Below, one piece after another: positions 5,205 to 14,243 of a DNA stretch of 43,267 nt. The translations under genes and the position numbers were made by a program. Each line of letters opens with the position of its first letter. The stretch's first letter is position 1. Origin of the DNA: a bacterium (GTDB taxonomy: Bacteria > Patescibacteriota > Minisyncoccia > Phycocordibacterales > PALSA-1337); assembly GCA_021782175.1 (NCBI GenBank), contig JAJXVL010000002.1, forward strand, positions 1 through 43,267. Reading direction: 5' to 3'. The notes beneath the pieces were generated by a model. The model had not been told where the DNA came from, made no database searches, and saw only the letters and a list, made by a program, of their open reading frames with translations.

Positions 5205-7568
5205 ATGTCTAATATTACTTTGACCGGTTTGTCAGCGACCGAAGCTGCCAAAAGATTGGAGACCTACGGTCCCAATGTTATCGAAGAGAAGCGCAAGTCA
5301 CTCTGGAAGCGTTTGATTCATTGGTTATTGTCGCCGATGTCGCTCATGTTTATTGCGGCTGGTGGTTTGTCATATTGGTCCGGCGAGGTCAACGATGCCA
5401 TCGTTATTGCTGTTCTTTTTCTCACTAACATTGGCGTGAGTATCTGGCATGAAGCCAAAGCTGACACGGCCCTGGAAAAGCTCAAGGCCAAATTGGCTGT
5501 TACCGTCAAGGTTTTGCGTGGCTCAGACTGGGTATCTTTGCCGGCTGCCGAACTAGTCCCTGATGATATTTTGGAGCTATCCACCGGTGACTTGGTGCCA
5601 GCCGACATTCTCTTCTTGGATGTGCGCAATGTCACCGCCAATGAGGCCTCCGTGACTGGTGAATCTCTCCCCAAACAAAAAGCCGTCAATGATACTGGTT
5701 ATGCCGGCACCTTTGTGGCCACCGGTCTAGCTCATGCTCGAGTGACGGCTACTGGCAATCGGACATATTTCGGCCAGACGCTTAGTTTGGTCGAAAACGT
5801 CCGCCGGCGCAGCCAGCTGGAAAAAGATATTTTGGCTGTTTCCAAATTCTTGTCAGTAATCAGTCTGGTGATTTTGAGTATTCTGACTGTAGTTTTGTAT
5901 ATGGCTCAGCTGCCTTTGCGGGAAATTGCTGCTCTAGATATCTCAATGTTAATCGCGGGCATTCCGGTGACTTTACCGACCATTATGACGCTCATTATTT
6001 CCGCTGGGGTGGTGGCTCTGGCAGGCCAAGCCGTCATTGTCCGACGTTTGTCAGCTCTAGAAGATCTCGCCAATGTCAATCTGCTACTTTCTGACAAGAC
6101 TGGTACTTTGACGGAGAACCGCATCATTGTGACCAAGATGGCGGCCCTGGATGAGAAGCTCTCAACCACGGAGATTTGGAGTTTGGCCACGGCGGCTGCT
6201 CCGCGTCCCAATAACAATCCGCTGGATATTGCGGTGTTGAACAAGGCTACGGAGTTGAATATCACCCCGCTGCCGGTGATTGACTTCGTGCCTGGCGATT
6301 CAGAGCGCAAACGCACTACGGTCTGGCTGGATTGGCAGGGGATCAAGCGGGTGGTTTCCTTTGGGGCGCCGCAGACTATCCGTGCCCTTTCCACTATGTC
6401 GGCCGATTTGGCCGCGCGTTATGATGCCCTCGTGGCTGAGGCGGCCAGTGGCGGTTTCAGGGTCCTCTCTCTAGCTTGGGGTAATACCGAAACCGAAGCC
6501 GCGCTGGCGCCTATCGCTGTCTTTTTCCTGGCTGATGCTGTGAGGCCCGAAGCCGGACCGACTGTGTCTTTCATGAATCAGTACGGTATCGGTGTCAAAA
6601 TGGTCACTGGCGACGGTTATGATGTCAGTGCCCATGTAGCCTCGCATCTCGGCTTGCCCGGTCGCATCGTCAAACGCGAAGAATTGGAGGCTCACCCGGA
6701 TGAGATCAAGAAAGAGTTCGAGAGTTTGGGTGGTTTTGCTGAGGTCATGCCCAAGAACAAATACGAGATCGTGATGATGGCTCGTTCAGCCGGACATGGT
6801 CATGTTGTGGCCGTGACTGGTGACGGTGTCAATGATGTACCACCAATCAAGGCTGCCGATGTCGGTATTGCTGTGTCGAATGCCGTCGATGCTCTGAAGG
6901 GTACGGCTGACATTGTCCTCACTGAACCAGGCATTTCTGTCATCAAAGACGCCATCATTGAAGCTCGCAAAATTTTTGTGCGTCTTTACAATTATTCAAT
7001 TTATCGTATTTCTGAGAGTTTCCGTCTGATCATCACGATCGCTGTGATTGGTGTACTCTTCCATACTTATCCGCTCACGCCGGTACAGATCATCCTGATT
7101 GCTCTCCTGAATGATTTGCCGATTATTACTATGGCCTATGATCGCGTCGCTGTCCCGATGGCTCCGGCGGCGGCCAATCCCAAGAAGCGCTTCACTCTTG
7201 CTACGATCTTTGGCTTGAATGGTGTGGCGAACAGTCTCTTCCTCCTCTGGTTCGCCGTTTCCTGGCTCCACTTGCCCTGGGCCGTGGTGCAGACGATGTT
7301 CTTCTTGAAACTGACTGTCTCGGGTCACATGCTCATCTATCTGGCTCACACGGAACGGCCTTGGTACTCATTCTTGCCAGCCAAGTCGATCATCTGGGCT
7401 ACTTCGCTGACACAGATCGTGGCCTCCTTGATTGCTTTCTTCGGCTTCCTCACGGCCCCAATCTCCATAGCTTATATCGTCCTAATCTGGGTCTGGTCCT
7501 TCGGCTGGATGCAGATTGGCGAGCTCTCCAAGCGCCTCTTCTACCGCTGGTTTCCGCGCACTGCTTGA
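5205..7568 (+). CDS. P3A-type (plasma-membrane H+-ATPase-like) P-type ATPase
   Basis: 787 aa.
- The N-terminus GLSATEAAKRLETYGPNVIEEKRKS resembles plant/fungal H+-ATPases.
- P-type signatures present: TGES, DKTGTLTENR, MVTGDG, GDGVNDVPPIKAADVGIAV.
- The M6 motif LLNDLPIITMAYDRV parallels ILNDGTIMTISKDRV of plant AHA2. Confidence 0.8.
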   Translation: MSNITLTGLSATEAAKRLETYGPNVIEEKRKSLWKRLIHWLLSPMSLMFIAAGGLSYWSGEVNDAIVIAVLFLTNIGVSIWHEAKADTALEKLKAKLAVTVKVLRGSDWVSLPAAELVPDDILELSTGDLVPADILFLDVRNVTANEASVTGESLPKQKAVNDTGYAGTFVATGLAHARVTATGNRTYFGQTLSLVENVRRRSQLEKDILAVSKFLSVISLVILSILTVVLYMAQLPLREIAALDISMLIAGIPVTLPTIMTLIISAGVVALAGQAVIVRRLSALEDLANVNLLLSDKTGTLTENRIIVTKMAALDEKLSTTEIWSLATAAAPRPNNNPLDIAVLNKATELNITPLPVIDFVPGDSERKRTTVWLDWQGIKRVVSFGAPQTIRALSTMSADLAARYDALVAEAASGGFRVLSLAWGNTETEAALAPIAVFFLADAVRPEAGPTVSFMNQYGIGVKMVTGDGYDVSAHVASHLGLPGRIVKREELEAHPDEIKKEFESLGGFAEVMPKNKYEIVMMARSAGHGHVVAVTGDGVNDVPPIKAADVGIAVSNAVDALKGTADIVLTEPGISVIKDAIIEARKIFVRLYNYSIYRISESFRLIITIAVIGVLFHTYPLTPVQIILIALLNDLPIITMAYDRVAVPMAPAAANPKKRFTLATIFGLNGVANSLFLLWFAVSWLHLPWAVVQTMFFLKLTVSGHMLIYLAHTERPWYSFLPAKSIIWATSLTQIVASLIAFFGFLTAPISIAYIVLIWVWSFGWMQIGELSKRLFYRWFPRTA

Positions 7569-7579
7569 GAAATCACCCC

Positions 7580-7608
7580 TTGACTGTTCGGAAGCTTTCC
7601 GTTAATAT
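7580..7608 (+). promoter_or_regulatory. Sigma-70-type promoter for the arsR-family gene (TTGACT, 17 nt, TAATAT)
   Basis: -35 TTGACT at 7580-7585, exact 17-nt spacer, -10 TAATAT at 7603-7608. Confidence 0.55.
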
Positions 7609-7629
7609 TCAAATGTTCGTTTGAACATT
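7608..7629. promoter_or_regulatory. Candidate operator: nested inverted repeats just downstream of the -10 box
   Basis: TTCAAA(7608-7613)/TTTGAA(7620-7625) and AATGTTC(7612-7618)/GAACATT(7623-7629). The position fits autoregulation by an ArsR/SmtB repressor. Confidence 0.4.
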
Positions 7630-7653
7630 CCAGGGAGCTAACTAGGCCCAATT

Positions 7654-7959
7654 ATGAAAAAAGCTATTTCAAACAAAGCCAAACAGCCCAGTCGGGCCGC
7701 TCTGGCTCGTCGTTTGGCCGTCATTGCCGATCCGACCAGGCAGAAGATCATCCGCTTGGCGTTTGCCGCTCAAGGTGCCTGTGTTTCCGATCTGGCCCAA
7801 AAGCTCAAGATGAGCGTGGCCACGGTTTCGCATCACTTGAATGTCCTGGCGAAGGCAGGTCTACTCGCTCCGACACGCGCTGGTCAGAAGATTTGTTATA
7901 TCTTGGCTGATACACCGTTCAATAGGGAATTGCGAGCCTTCATGACCAAATACCTTTGA
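7654..7959 (+). CDS. ArsR/SmtB family transcriptional regulator
   Basis: 101 aa with a winged-HTH core, CVSDLAQKLKMSVATVSHHLNVLAKAGLL. Only one Cys sits where the metal-sensing CVC site would be. Confidence 0.85.
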   Translation: MKKAISNKAKQPSRAALARRLAVIADPTRQKIIRLAFAAQGACVSDLAQKLKMSVATVSHHLNVLAKAGLLAPTRAGQKICYILADTPFNRELRAFMTKYL

Positions 7960-8017
7960 GTTTTAGTCAGATGAATTAGAATTATTAAAAATTTTATCAA
8001 ATAATCTTGTCAAAAAT

Positions 8018-8350
8018 ATGTCCAAAGTTATCAATGCAACTCAAGCAGATTTCGAAAAGGTAGTTCTCAAGTCCAAACTGCCAGTCCTGGTGGATTTCTG
8101 GGCGCCTTGGTGCGGGCCGTGCCGGATGATGGCCCCGATCCTCGATGAGTTTTCTGTGGAAATGGACGGTAAGCTCAACATTGTCAAAGTCGATGTGGAA
8201 GAACCGACCAACCAGATGCTTGCCGCTCAGTATGAGATTCGTAGCATTCCCAACATGAAGCTTTTCAAGGACGGTAAGGTGGTTCATGAATTTGTCGGTC
8301 TCCGACCCAAGGAAATGTTGGCTTCAGAGATTGCCGAGGTCTTGGCCTAG
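8018..8350 (+). CDS. trxA: Thioredoxin
   Basis: 110 aa with the WAPWCGPCR active site and typical thioredoxin length and layout. Confidence 0.9.
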   Translation: MSKVINATQADFEKVVLKSKLPVLVDFWAPWCGPCRMMAPILDEFSVEMDGKLNIVKVDVEEPTNQMLAAQYEIRSIPNMKLFKDGKVVHEFVGLRPKEMLASEIAEVLA

Positions 8351-8375
8351 GTGACATTTCGGTCTGTTTCGGGGT

Positions 8376-8381
8376 TATAAT
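8376..8381 (+). promoter_or_regulatory. TATAAT box 7 nt upstream of ATG 8389 (leaderless-type promoter)
   Basis: Exact TATAAT with a 7-nt spacer (aggcgaa). Confidence 0.5.
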
Positions 8382-8388
8382 AGGCGAA

Positions 8389-8988
8389 ATGGATAATATC
8401 CAACCAAAAAACCTGTCAGACGCTGAAATCTTGGCTGTTTCCCTGAAACAACCCTCAGTGTTTAGTGAGTTGGTGGAGCGCTATGAAAAGGCTTTTTTGC
8501 GCAAAGCCGTCTCGATTTTGCGGGACGAGGAAGATGCGCGGGACGCGGTACAAGAGACCTTCGTGCGGGTTTATGCCGCGGCCAACAAATATCACGAGCA
8601 GGCTGAGGCTACTTTTGCCTCTTGGGCTTATGCTATTTTGACCAATCAATGCTATACGACTTATCGTAAGCGTCAGAAACATCAAGCGGTTTCTTTTGAA
8701 GCTGACCCTGAGCTGGCGGAAGTCTTGCCTGACCAAGCCGGGATCAATGAATTCGAGCGGCGCTTGGATGCCAATGAGATCATGGTCATGCTGTCTCGGT
8801 TGCCGCTTCTTTTGCGACGAGCTGTAGAACAACATTTCCTAGATGGTCTACCAGAGAAAGAGATCGCTCGTCGTGAAGGAGTCTCTCACGGCACTATCAG
8901 ACAACGTATTTATCGGGCCAAGCAGCAATTGCGCGAATTGGCTTTGAAGCCTGCTTATCAACCGGCTAATCATATTTCACCATCATGA
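8389..8988 (+). CDS. ECF-type sigma-70 family RNA polymerase sigma factor
   Basis: 199 aa. Region 2 (DARDAVQETFVRVY, FASWAYAILTNQ) and the region 4 HTH (LPEKEIARREGVSHGTIRQRIYRAKQQL) are present. Confidence 0.85.
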   Translation: MDNIQPKNLSDAEILAVSLKQPSVFSELVERYEKAFLRKAVSILRDEEDARDAVQETFVRVYAAANKYHEQAEATFASWAYAILTNQCYTTYRKRQKHQAVSFEADPELAEVLPDQAGINEFERRLDANEIMVMLSRLPLLLRRAVEQHFLDGLPEKEIARREGVSHGTIRQRIYRAKQQLRELALKPAYQPANHISPS

Positions 8989-9347
8989 ATTATGCCACTC
9001 AACTAGAGAGAGATGTCATGATCCGTGTGCGGACGATATATTTTTTGCGTCTCCTCACCAGTCATCGGGCTATCCAGGCGGTACTTCTCACGGCTTCGGT
9101 TTTCTTCACGGCCGTCATTGTCTCGGTACCGAATGTTATCCATAACATGTCTCGTTTGCCGGGGTTCATGGACTATTTGAATTATCTGTACGCGGCTTTC
9201 ATGCATACTTCGTTCTATGTCGAATCCAGCCTGATTCTAGCTGTGTCCATTGCCATTTGGTTGGTGGTGGATCTCTGGCGTGGACTCAAACCACAACGTC
9301 TCCTCAAAATCCTCAGCGGCCGTGCTGGACGACTAGCAGCTATGTAG
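8985..9347 (+). CDS. Membrane protein, putative anti-sigma factor (paralogue of 20340-20756)
   Basis: Its ATGA start/stop overlap with the sigma gene indicates coupling. 120 aa with two TM segments. It shares a GF(M/A)DYL motif and overall architecture with the protein downstream of the second ECF sigma. Confidence 0.5.
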   Translation: MNYATQLERDVMIRVRTIYFLRLLTSHRAIQAVLLTASVFFTAVIVSVPNVIHNMSRLPGFMDYLNYLYAAFMHTSFYVESSLILAVSIAIWLVVDLWRGLKPQRLLKILSGRAGRLAAM

Positions 9348-9404
9348 TTCTGATTCTGGGAAAGAATGAGCTCGTTTCGGATACAGCCCAGTGCCCGAGC
9401 ATGT

Positions 9405-9410
9405 TATAAT
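9405..9410 (+). promoter_or_regulatory. Extended -10 TGtTATAAT, 10 nt upstream of ATG 9421
   Basis: Exact TATAAT preceded by TGt. No Shine-Dalgarno sequence lies in the 10-nt spacer. Confidence 0.5.
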
Positions 9411-9420
9411 CTAGAGGCAC

Positions 9421-11142
9421 ATGGCTTCTATCTCTGAAATCCAAAAAGAAATCCAAAAAATAATCGAGGGTGAAGTAGAAAACGATGCGGAAGCTCTGAC
9501 TCTGGCTTCGCATGACGCCAGTCTCTTCGAGGTCAAACCGCAGGCAGTGATTCATCCCAAGAATACTGCTGATATCAAGAAGCTGGTAGCCTTCGTCAAT
9601 CAACAGAACAGCCAGGCCAAGCCGCCGAAGCTTACTCTGACCGGCCGCTCGGCCGGGACAGATATGTCCGGCGGACCGCTCTCAGAGTCACTCATCGTTT
9701 CTTTTACCCGTCATTTCAATCATATTCTAGGGGTCAAAGCCGAACCTCAAGGATCTCTCGGCGGCTCTTTCCCTGATGTGGCCGTGACGGGTTACGCCAT
9801 CACTGAGCCGGGTGTTTATTATCGCGATTTTGACAAAGAGACTCTCTCGGTTGATGGTCAGATTATGCCCAGTTATCCGGCTTCGCGAGAACTATGTACG
9901 GTTGGCGGCATGGTCGCCAATAATTCTGGCGGTGAAAAGACTTTGACCTATGGCAAAACTGAACAGTATGTTCGACGCGTCAAAATGGTTTGTGCTGATG
10001 GGGAAGAATATGAGTTCAAGCCGCTCTCGTTCGATCAGGCCGCCAAGAAACGCGAACAAAACAATTTTGAAGGAGAGATTTATCGCCGCATGCACGAACT
10101 TTTGGAGCAGAATGAAGAAGTTATCGCCAAGGCCAAACCAATCGTTTCCAAAAATTCCTGCGGTTATTATCTCTGGGACATTGTCGATCGTGCAAAGAAT
10201 ACTTTTGATCTGACCAAGGTCATTGTTGGCTCCCAGGGCACTCTGGGCCTCATCACGGAGATCGAATATGCCCTGGTCAAACCCAAGCCTTTCTCGCATC
10301 TCTTGGTCGTTTTTCTGAATAGTCTAGATCAGTTGGGGGAGACGGCCACGCGCATCTTGCAATTCAAGCCGGAAAGTTTCGAGTCATACGATGATCAGAC
10401 TCTCAAGGTCGCTTTCAAATTCTTGCCTCAACTGATGAAGCAGATGGGCGGTAACTTGGTTACGCTCGGCCTGGAATTCGTACCGGAAATGCTGGCTGTG
10501 CTCGAAGGTGGTGGTCTGCCCAAGCTGGTGCTCATGGCCGAATTTACGGCTGATACTGATGCCGAAGCTCTCGCGGCGGCCCAAAATGCCAGAGCCTCGC
10601 TGGTTGATCTGCATGAGAGGATGCGCGTGACCAAGACAGCCAACGATGAGCACAAATACTGGGTCATTCGCCGCGAGAGTTTCAATATGCTGCGCAAGCA
10701 TATCCACGGTGTGCGCACGGCGCCGTTCATCGATGATTTTGTGGTGCCGCCTACATCCTTGCCTGAATTTCTGCCGAAGCTCTACGCAGTGCTGGACCCT
10801 TACAAGAAAGATCTGACCTATACGATCGCCGGCCATGTCGGTGATGGCAATTTCCATATCATCCCGCTCATGAATCTGGCCTTGCCGCGTGCTCATGAGA
10901 TCATCAGAGAACTATCAGTCAAAGTTTACGAGCTGGTTCATCAGTTCCACGGTTCCATTACCGGTGAGCACAATGATGGCATCATTCGCACTCCTTTCGT
11001 GAAGATGCAGTACGGGGAAGACATGTACAAACTCTTCGTAGAGACCAAGAAGATTTGGGACCCGCGAGGCATCTTCAATCCCGGCAAAAAGGTCGAGGGC
11101 ACTCTCGAATATGCTTTCGATCATATCGTCAAAAGCTCATGA
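9421..11142 (+). CDS. FAD-binding oxidoreductase (FAD-linked oxidase, GlcD / D-lactate dehydrogenase-like)
   Basis: 573 aa with an FAD_binding_4-like N-terminal half (GRSAGTDMSGGPL, GSQGTLGLITE) and the C-terminal FAD-oxidase motif HVGDGNFH. No TM segments. Confidence 0.8.
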   Translation: MASISEIQKEIQKIIEGEVENDAEALTLASHDASLFEVKPQAVIHPKNTADIKKLVAFVNQQNSQAKPPKLTLTGRSAGTDMSGGPLSESLIVSFTRHFNHILGVKAEPQGSLGGSFPDVAVTGYAITEPGVYYRDFDKETLSVDGQIMPSYPASRELCTVGGMVANNSGGEKTLTYGKTEQYVRRVKMVCADGEEYEFKPLSFDQAAKKREQNNFEGEIYRRMHELLEQNEEVIAKAKPIVSKNSCGYYLWDIVDRAKNTFDLTKVIVGSQGTLGLITEIEYALVKPKPFSHLLVVFLNSLDQLGETATRILQFKPESFESYDDQTLKVAFKFLPQLMKQMGGNLVTLGLEFVPEMLAVLEGGGLPKLVLMAEFTADTDAEALAAAQNARASLVDLHERMRVTKTANDEHKYWVIRRESFNMLRKHIHGVRTAPFIDDFVVPPTSLPEFLPKLYAVLDPYKKDLTYTIAGHVGDGNFHIIPLMNLALPRAHEIIRELSVKVYELVHQFHGSITGEHNDGIIRTPFVKMQYGEDMYKLFVETKKIWDPRGIFNPGKKVEGTLEYAFDHIVKSS

Positions 11143-12230
11143 AGCCTTTTCTCAAACAAAAAAAGACCAGCAAACTGCTCGGTTGGTTGCTAGCTGGATT
11201 GTTCGCGGTCATCGCCACACCTTGGGTGGTTTCAGCGCATGAAGTTTATGTTTTGTCCTCTAGTCAGATCAACCAAGCTCTGGCCATGCCATCATTCAAT
11301 CTGTGGACGGAGATTGTCAGCCATCTTAGTCAATTCGGCTTCTGGGCTTTCATCGGTATCTTGTTGGTCTTCGGTATTTTCTGGATTTCCACCATGCGTT
11401 TCCTAGAAAGACGGCTCGATCCTTTTTTCTTGAAAATAAGACCTTATGCCACTTTCATCGCCCGCTTAACTATCGGTCTGTCGTTCTTGGCGGCAGCTTT
11501 CTATCAGGCTATTTATGGCCCAGAATTGCCCCTAGTAGCCAATTTTGGCCCCTACGCCGGCCCAATTACTCTGGCTCTAGTACTTATCGGTCTGGCGATT
11601 GTCGTGGGCTTCTATGCGCGTTTGGCGGCTCTAATAGCTCTTGTCCTGTATGGAATATTGGCCTACGAACACGGCTCGTATATGCTGACCTATGTCAATT
11701 ATCTCGGTGAGATCATTGTGCTTCTGATCCTCGGGGCACATAGTCTCAGTTTGGATCGGCTCTTCCGCAGGAAGTCAGCTGGTTCACCTGTCTCTGTCCG
11801 GCCAGCGTGGTTTCGTAATTTTGCGGATTATTTGAAACCTCGCAGTTTCGCCATCCTGCGAGTACTTTTTGGTACGGCTCTGATCTATGCTTCGGTCTAC
11901 GCCAAAATTTTGCATAATGGTCTGGCGCTGCTCACTGTGGAACAATATCATCTCGACAAGCTTCTGGGATTTGAACCGCACTTCCTGATCATGGGCGGAG
12001 CTATCGTGGAGATTTTGATCGGGTTGTTCTTCATTCTGGGTATTGAGATTCGCTTCACTTCGCTCTTCCTCCTTTTCTGGTTGAGCTTGTCGCTGTGGTT
12101 CTTCGGGGAAGTGGTCTGGCCGCATTTGATCTTGATCGGCATCCCGATCGCTTATGTCTTCTATGGTTATGATGACTATTCGGTGGAAGGATATTTCTTC
12201 CGAAACAAGAAATACGAGCCGGTTTTGTGA
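11139..12230 (+). CDS. Polytopic membrane protein, apparently two DoxX-like halves in tandem
   Basis: I moved the start to ATG 11139, which overlaps the TGA of the oxidase gene (ATGA). The first 28 codons of the track ORF lie inside the oxidase CDS. About 363 aa: an N-terminal signal/TM, then two roughly 150-aa helix bundles, each resembling DoxX (inference by eye). Confidence 0.55.
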   Translation: MKPFLKQKKTSKLLGWLLAGLFAVIATPWVVSAHEVYVLSSSQINQALAMPSFNLWTEIVSHLSQFGFWAFIGILLVFGIFWISTMRFLERRLDPFFLKIRPYATFIARLTIGLSFLAAAFYQAIYGPELPLVANFGPYAGPITLALVLIGLAIVVGFYARLAALIALVLYGILAYEHGSYMLTYVNYLGEIIVLLILGAHSLSLDRLFRRKSAGSPVSVRPAWFRNFADYLKPRSFAILRVLFGTALIYASVYAKILHNGLALLTVEQYHLDKLLGFEPHFLIMGGAIVEILIGLFFILGIEIRFTSLFLLFWLSLSLWFFGEVVWPHLILIGIPIAYVFYGYDDYSVEGYFFRNKKYEPVL

Positions 12231-12267
12231 TTGAGTCCATTTTCTTGTGATACAAATCTATTCTTCC

Positions 12268-12525
12268 ATGAAATCAGGCAAACATTCGTTGATTGAAGTT
12301 GTGGGTTGGTACGGCGTCATTGCTACGATCCTGGCTTATTTCCTAGTTAGTTTCGGTGCGCTGGCGCCAACAAGTCTGTGGTATCAGGGCTTGAATCTGA
12401 CCGGCGCCCTGGGGGTAACTTGGGAGACTTGGTTCAAGCGGGATTATCAACCCTTTTGGCTCAATCTGATCTGGGCCTTGATCGCGTCGGCGGCCCTAGT
12501 CAACTTGTTTGTTCATTTACAGTAA
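12268..12525 (+). CDS. Small three-helix membrane protein (family uncertain)
   Basis: The track ORF starts at GTG 12247; the first ATG is at 12268. About 85 aa and strongly hydrophobic (VVGWYGVIATILAYFLV, LIWALIASAALVNLF). Confidence 0.45.
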   Translation: MKSGKHSLIEVVGWYGVIATILAYFLVSFGALAPTSLWYQGLNLTGALGVTWETWFKRDYQPFWLNLIWALIASAALVNLFVHLQ

Positions 12526-12590
12526 TTTTTTTGGAAAATCACTCGTAAGCACCAAAAGATTTAATTTTGTAGTAGTATATTCAAACAAAA

Positions 12591-13397
12591 ATGCCTGACG
12601 CTCATATTTCGGTAAATAGTTTGACCAAGAAATTCGGGGATATTGTGGCGGTGGACAATGTTTCCTTCGAGGTACCTTCTGGTTCCATTTTTGCTTTCTT
12701 GGGTCCGAATGGTGCCGGCAAAACCACTACTATCAAGATGTTGACCACTCTCATGAGACCGACGGCGGGAACGATCAATATTGCCGGTTTTGACCCGGTT
12801 GTGAGTGCCAACGATGTCAGACGATCCTTTGGTATTGTTTTCCAGGACCCCTCGCTCGACGATGAGTTGACGGCTCATGAAAATATGTTTCTACACGCTG
12901 GAATGTATGGTGTTCCACGCTCGGAAACAGCCAAGCGTATCGAAGAACTTCTCAATTTTGTGGAACTTTGGGATCGACGAGATAGTCTGGTCAAGACTTT
13001 TTCTGGCGGCATGAAAAGACGCTTGGAGATTGCTCGGGGTTTGCTGCATACACCCTCTGTCTTGTTTCTGGATGAACCAACAGTTGGTCTAGATCCCCAG
13101 ACTCGCAATCATATCTGGTCATATTTGAAAAAGTTGAATCAGGAGCATGGTCTGACTATTTTCTTCACCACTCATTATATGGACGAAGTGGAGAGGGTGG
13201 CTGACAAGGTTGTCATCATCGATCATGGTCGGATTATTGCTTCCGGTACTGCGGTGGCAATCAAAGAGCAGGCAAGCGCCGCGTCGTTGGAAGACGCCTT
13301 CATCAAGTTGACCGGCCATGCGATCCGCGATGATGAAGCCGGCGCGGCTGATCATATGCGTCAAATGGGCCGACTTTGGCGCGGCGGCCGTCGTTAA
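12591..13397 (+). CDS. ABC transporter ATP-binding protein (ABC-2 / DrrA-like exporter subfamily)
   Basis: Walker [10 protein letters not shown], signature FSGGMKRR, Walker [12 protein letters not shown]. 268 aa. Confidence 0.9.
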   Translation: MPDAHISVNSLTKKFGDIVAVDNVSFEVPSGSIFAFLGPNGAGKTTTIKMLTTLMRPTAGTINIAGFDPVVSANDVRRSFGIVFQDPSLDDELTAHENMFLHAGMYGVPRSETAKRIEELLNFVELWDRRDSLVKTFSGGMKRRLEIARGLLHTPSVLFLDEPTVGLDPQTRNHIWSYLKKLNQEHGLTIFFTTHYMDEVERVADKVVIIDHGRIIASGTAVAIKEQASAASLEDAFIKLTGHAIRDDEAGAADHMRQMGRLWRGGRR

Positions 13398-13404
13398 TAC
13401 GAAC

Positions 13405-14172
13405 ATGAAAAACCCCAAGACCAACTTCTTATACGCTCTATATATTCTCTGGTTGAGGCAGCTCAAACGCTATCTCCGTTCGCGTTCGCGCATCATTGGT
13501 TCGCTCGGTCAACCGATCCTTTTCCTGGTGGCTCTGGGGTATGGTCTCGGTCCAGTTTTTGCCAAAGCCGGTGATGGTAATTATCTGCAATTCCTCGCCC
13601 CGGGTGTGATTGCTATGAGTATCTTGTTTACAGCCATCTTCTCCGGCATTGAAATCATCTGGGATCGTCAGTTTGGTTTTCTGAAAGAAACAATGGTCGC
13701 GCCAATCTCTCGCTTCACCATCATGCTCGGTCGGAGTTTGGGCGGAGCTACGGTTGCTTCACTACAAGGTATCATCGTCTTTCTCATATCGGTCGCTGCG
13801 GGCTTTCGCCCGGAATGGTCTCTGGTACCTCTGGCGATCATGTTTATGATGTTGATTGCTCTGGTTTTTACAGCTCTAGGTACAGCTGTAGCTTCAACTC
13901 TGGAGGATATGCAAGGTTTCCAATTGATCATGAATTTCGTGGTCATGCCGGTATTTTTCCTTTCCGGCGCGCTTTTTCCTCTGGATCAATCACCAACGAT
14001 CCTGAAGCTTATTGCTTATGCCAACCCTCTTTCCTATGGTGTTGATAGTTTGAGGGGTACCTTGGTTGGTTTGACTAGTTTCGGTTTGGGATTAGATATT
14101 GCTGTTCTATCGGTTGTAGCTGTCATTTTTGTAGGAATTGGCGCCTGGCTTTTCAGCCGTATTCAAGTCTAA
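13405..14172 (+). CDS. ABC-2 type transporter permease
   Basis: I moved the start to ATG 13405, 7 nt after the ATPase stop; the track extension overlaps the ATPase gene. About 255 aa with six hydrophobic helices, typical of ABC-2 permeases. Confidence 0.8.
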   Translation: MKNPKTNFLYALYILWLRQLKRYLRSRSRIIGSLGQPILFLVALGYGLGPVFAKAGDGNYLQFLAPGVIAMSILFTAIFSGIEIIWDRQFGFLKETMVAPISRFTIMLGRSLGGATVASLQGIIVFLISVAAGFRPEWSLVPLAIMFMMLIALVFTALGTAVASTLEDMQGFQLIMNFVVMPVFFLSGALFPLDQSPTILKLIAYANPLSYGVDSLRGTLVGLTSFGLGLDIAVLSVVAVIFVGIGAWLFSRIQV

Positions 14173-14200
14173 GAAGTTCCTTGGGCATTTTCTCAGTGTT

Positions 14201-14227
14201 CTAGCGGGTGTATAATATACTCGCTAG
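14201..14227 (+). promoter_or_regulatory. TATAAT box (14211-14216) embedded in an imperfect palindrome CTAGCG...CGCTAG
   Basis: Exact TATAAT 27 nt upstream of ATG 14244. The flanking inverted repeat, 14201-14206 with 14222-14227, could be an operator. Confidence 0.4.
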
Positions 14228-14243
14228 TTAATCAACACCTAAT

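Noticed and set aside
11055-11138. N-terminal extensions in the ORF track: 11055, 13318, 27591-27779 (regulator), 27541-27645 (rpsP), 28132-28206 (KH protein), 32164-32214 (rpoB), 39832-39879 (dnaG), 30002-30055 (apbE), 23008-23043 (aspS)
   Set aside because: Each extension overlaps an upstream gene or a promoter. Several start at TTG or GTG, and none has family-like sequence. An internal ATG matches the conserved protein N-terminus and, in most cases, sits 6-10 nt after a -10 box.
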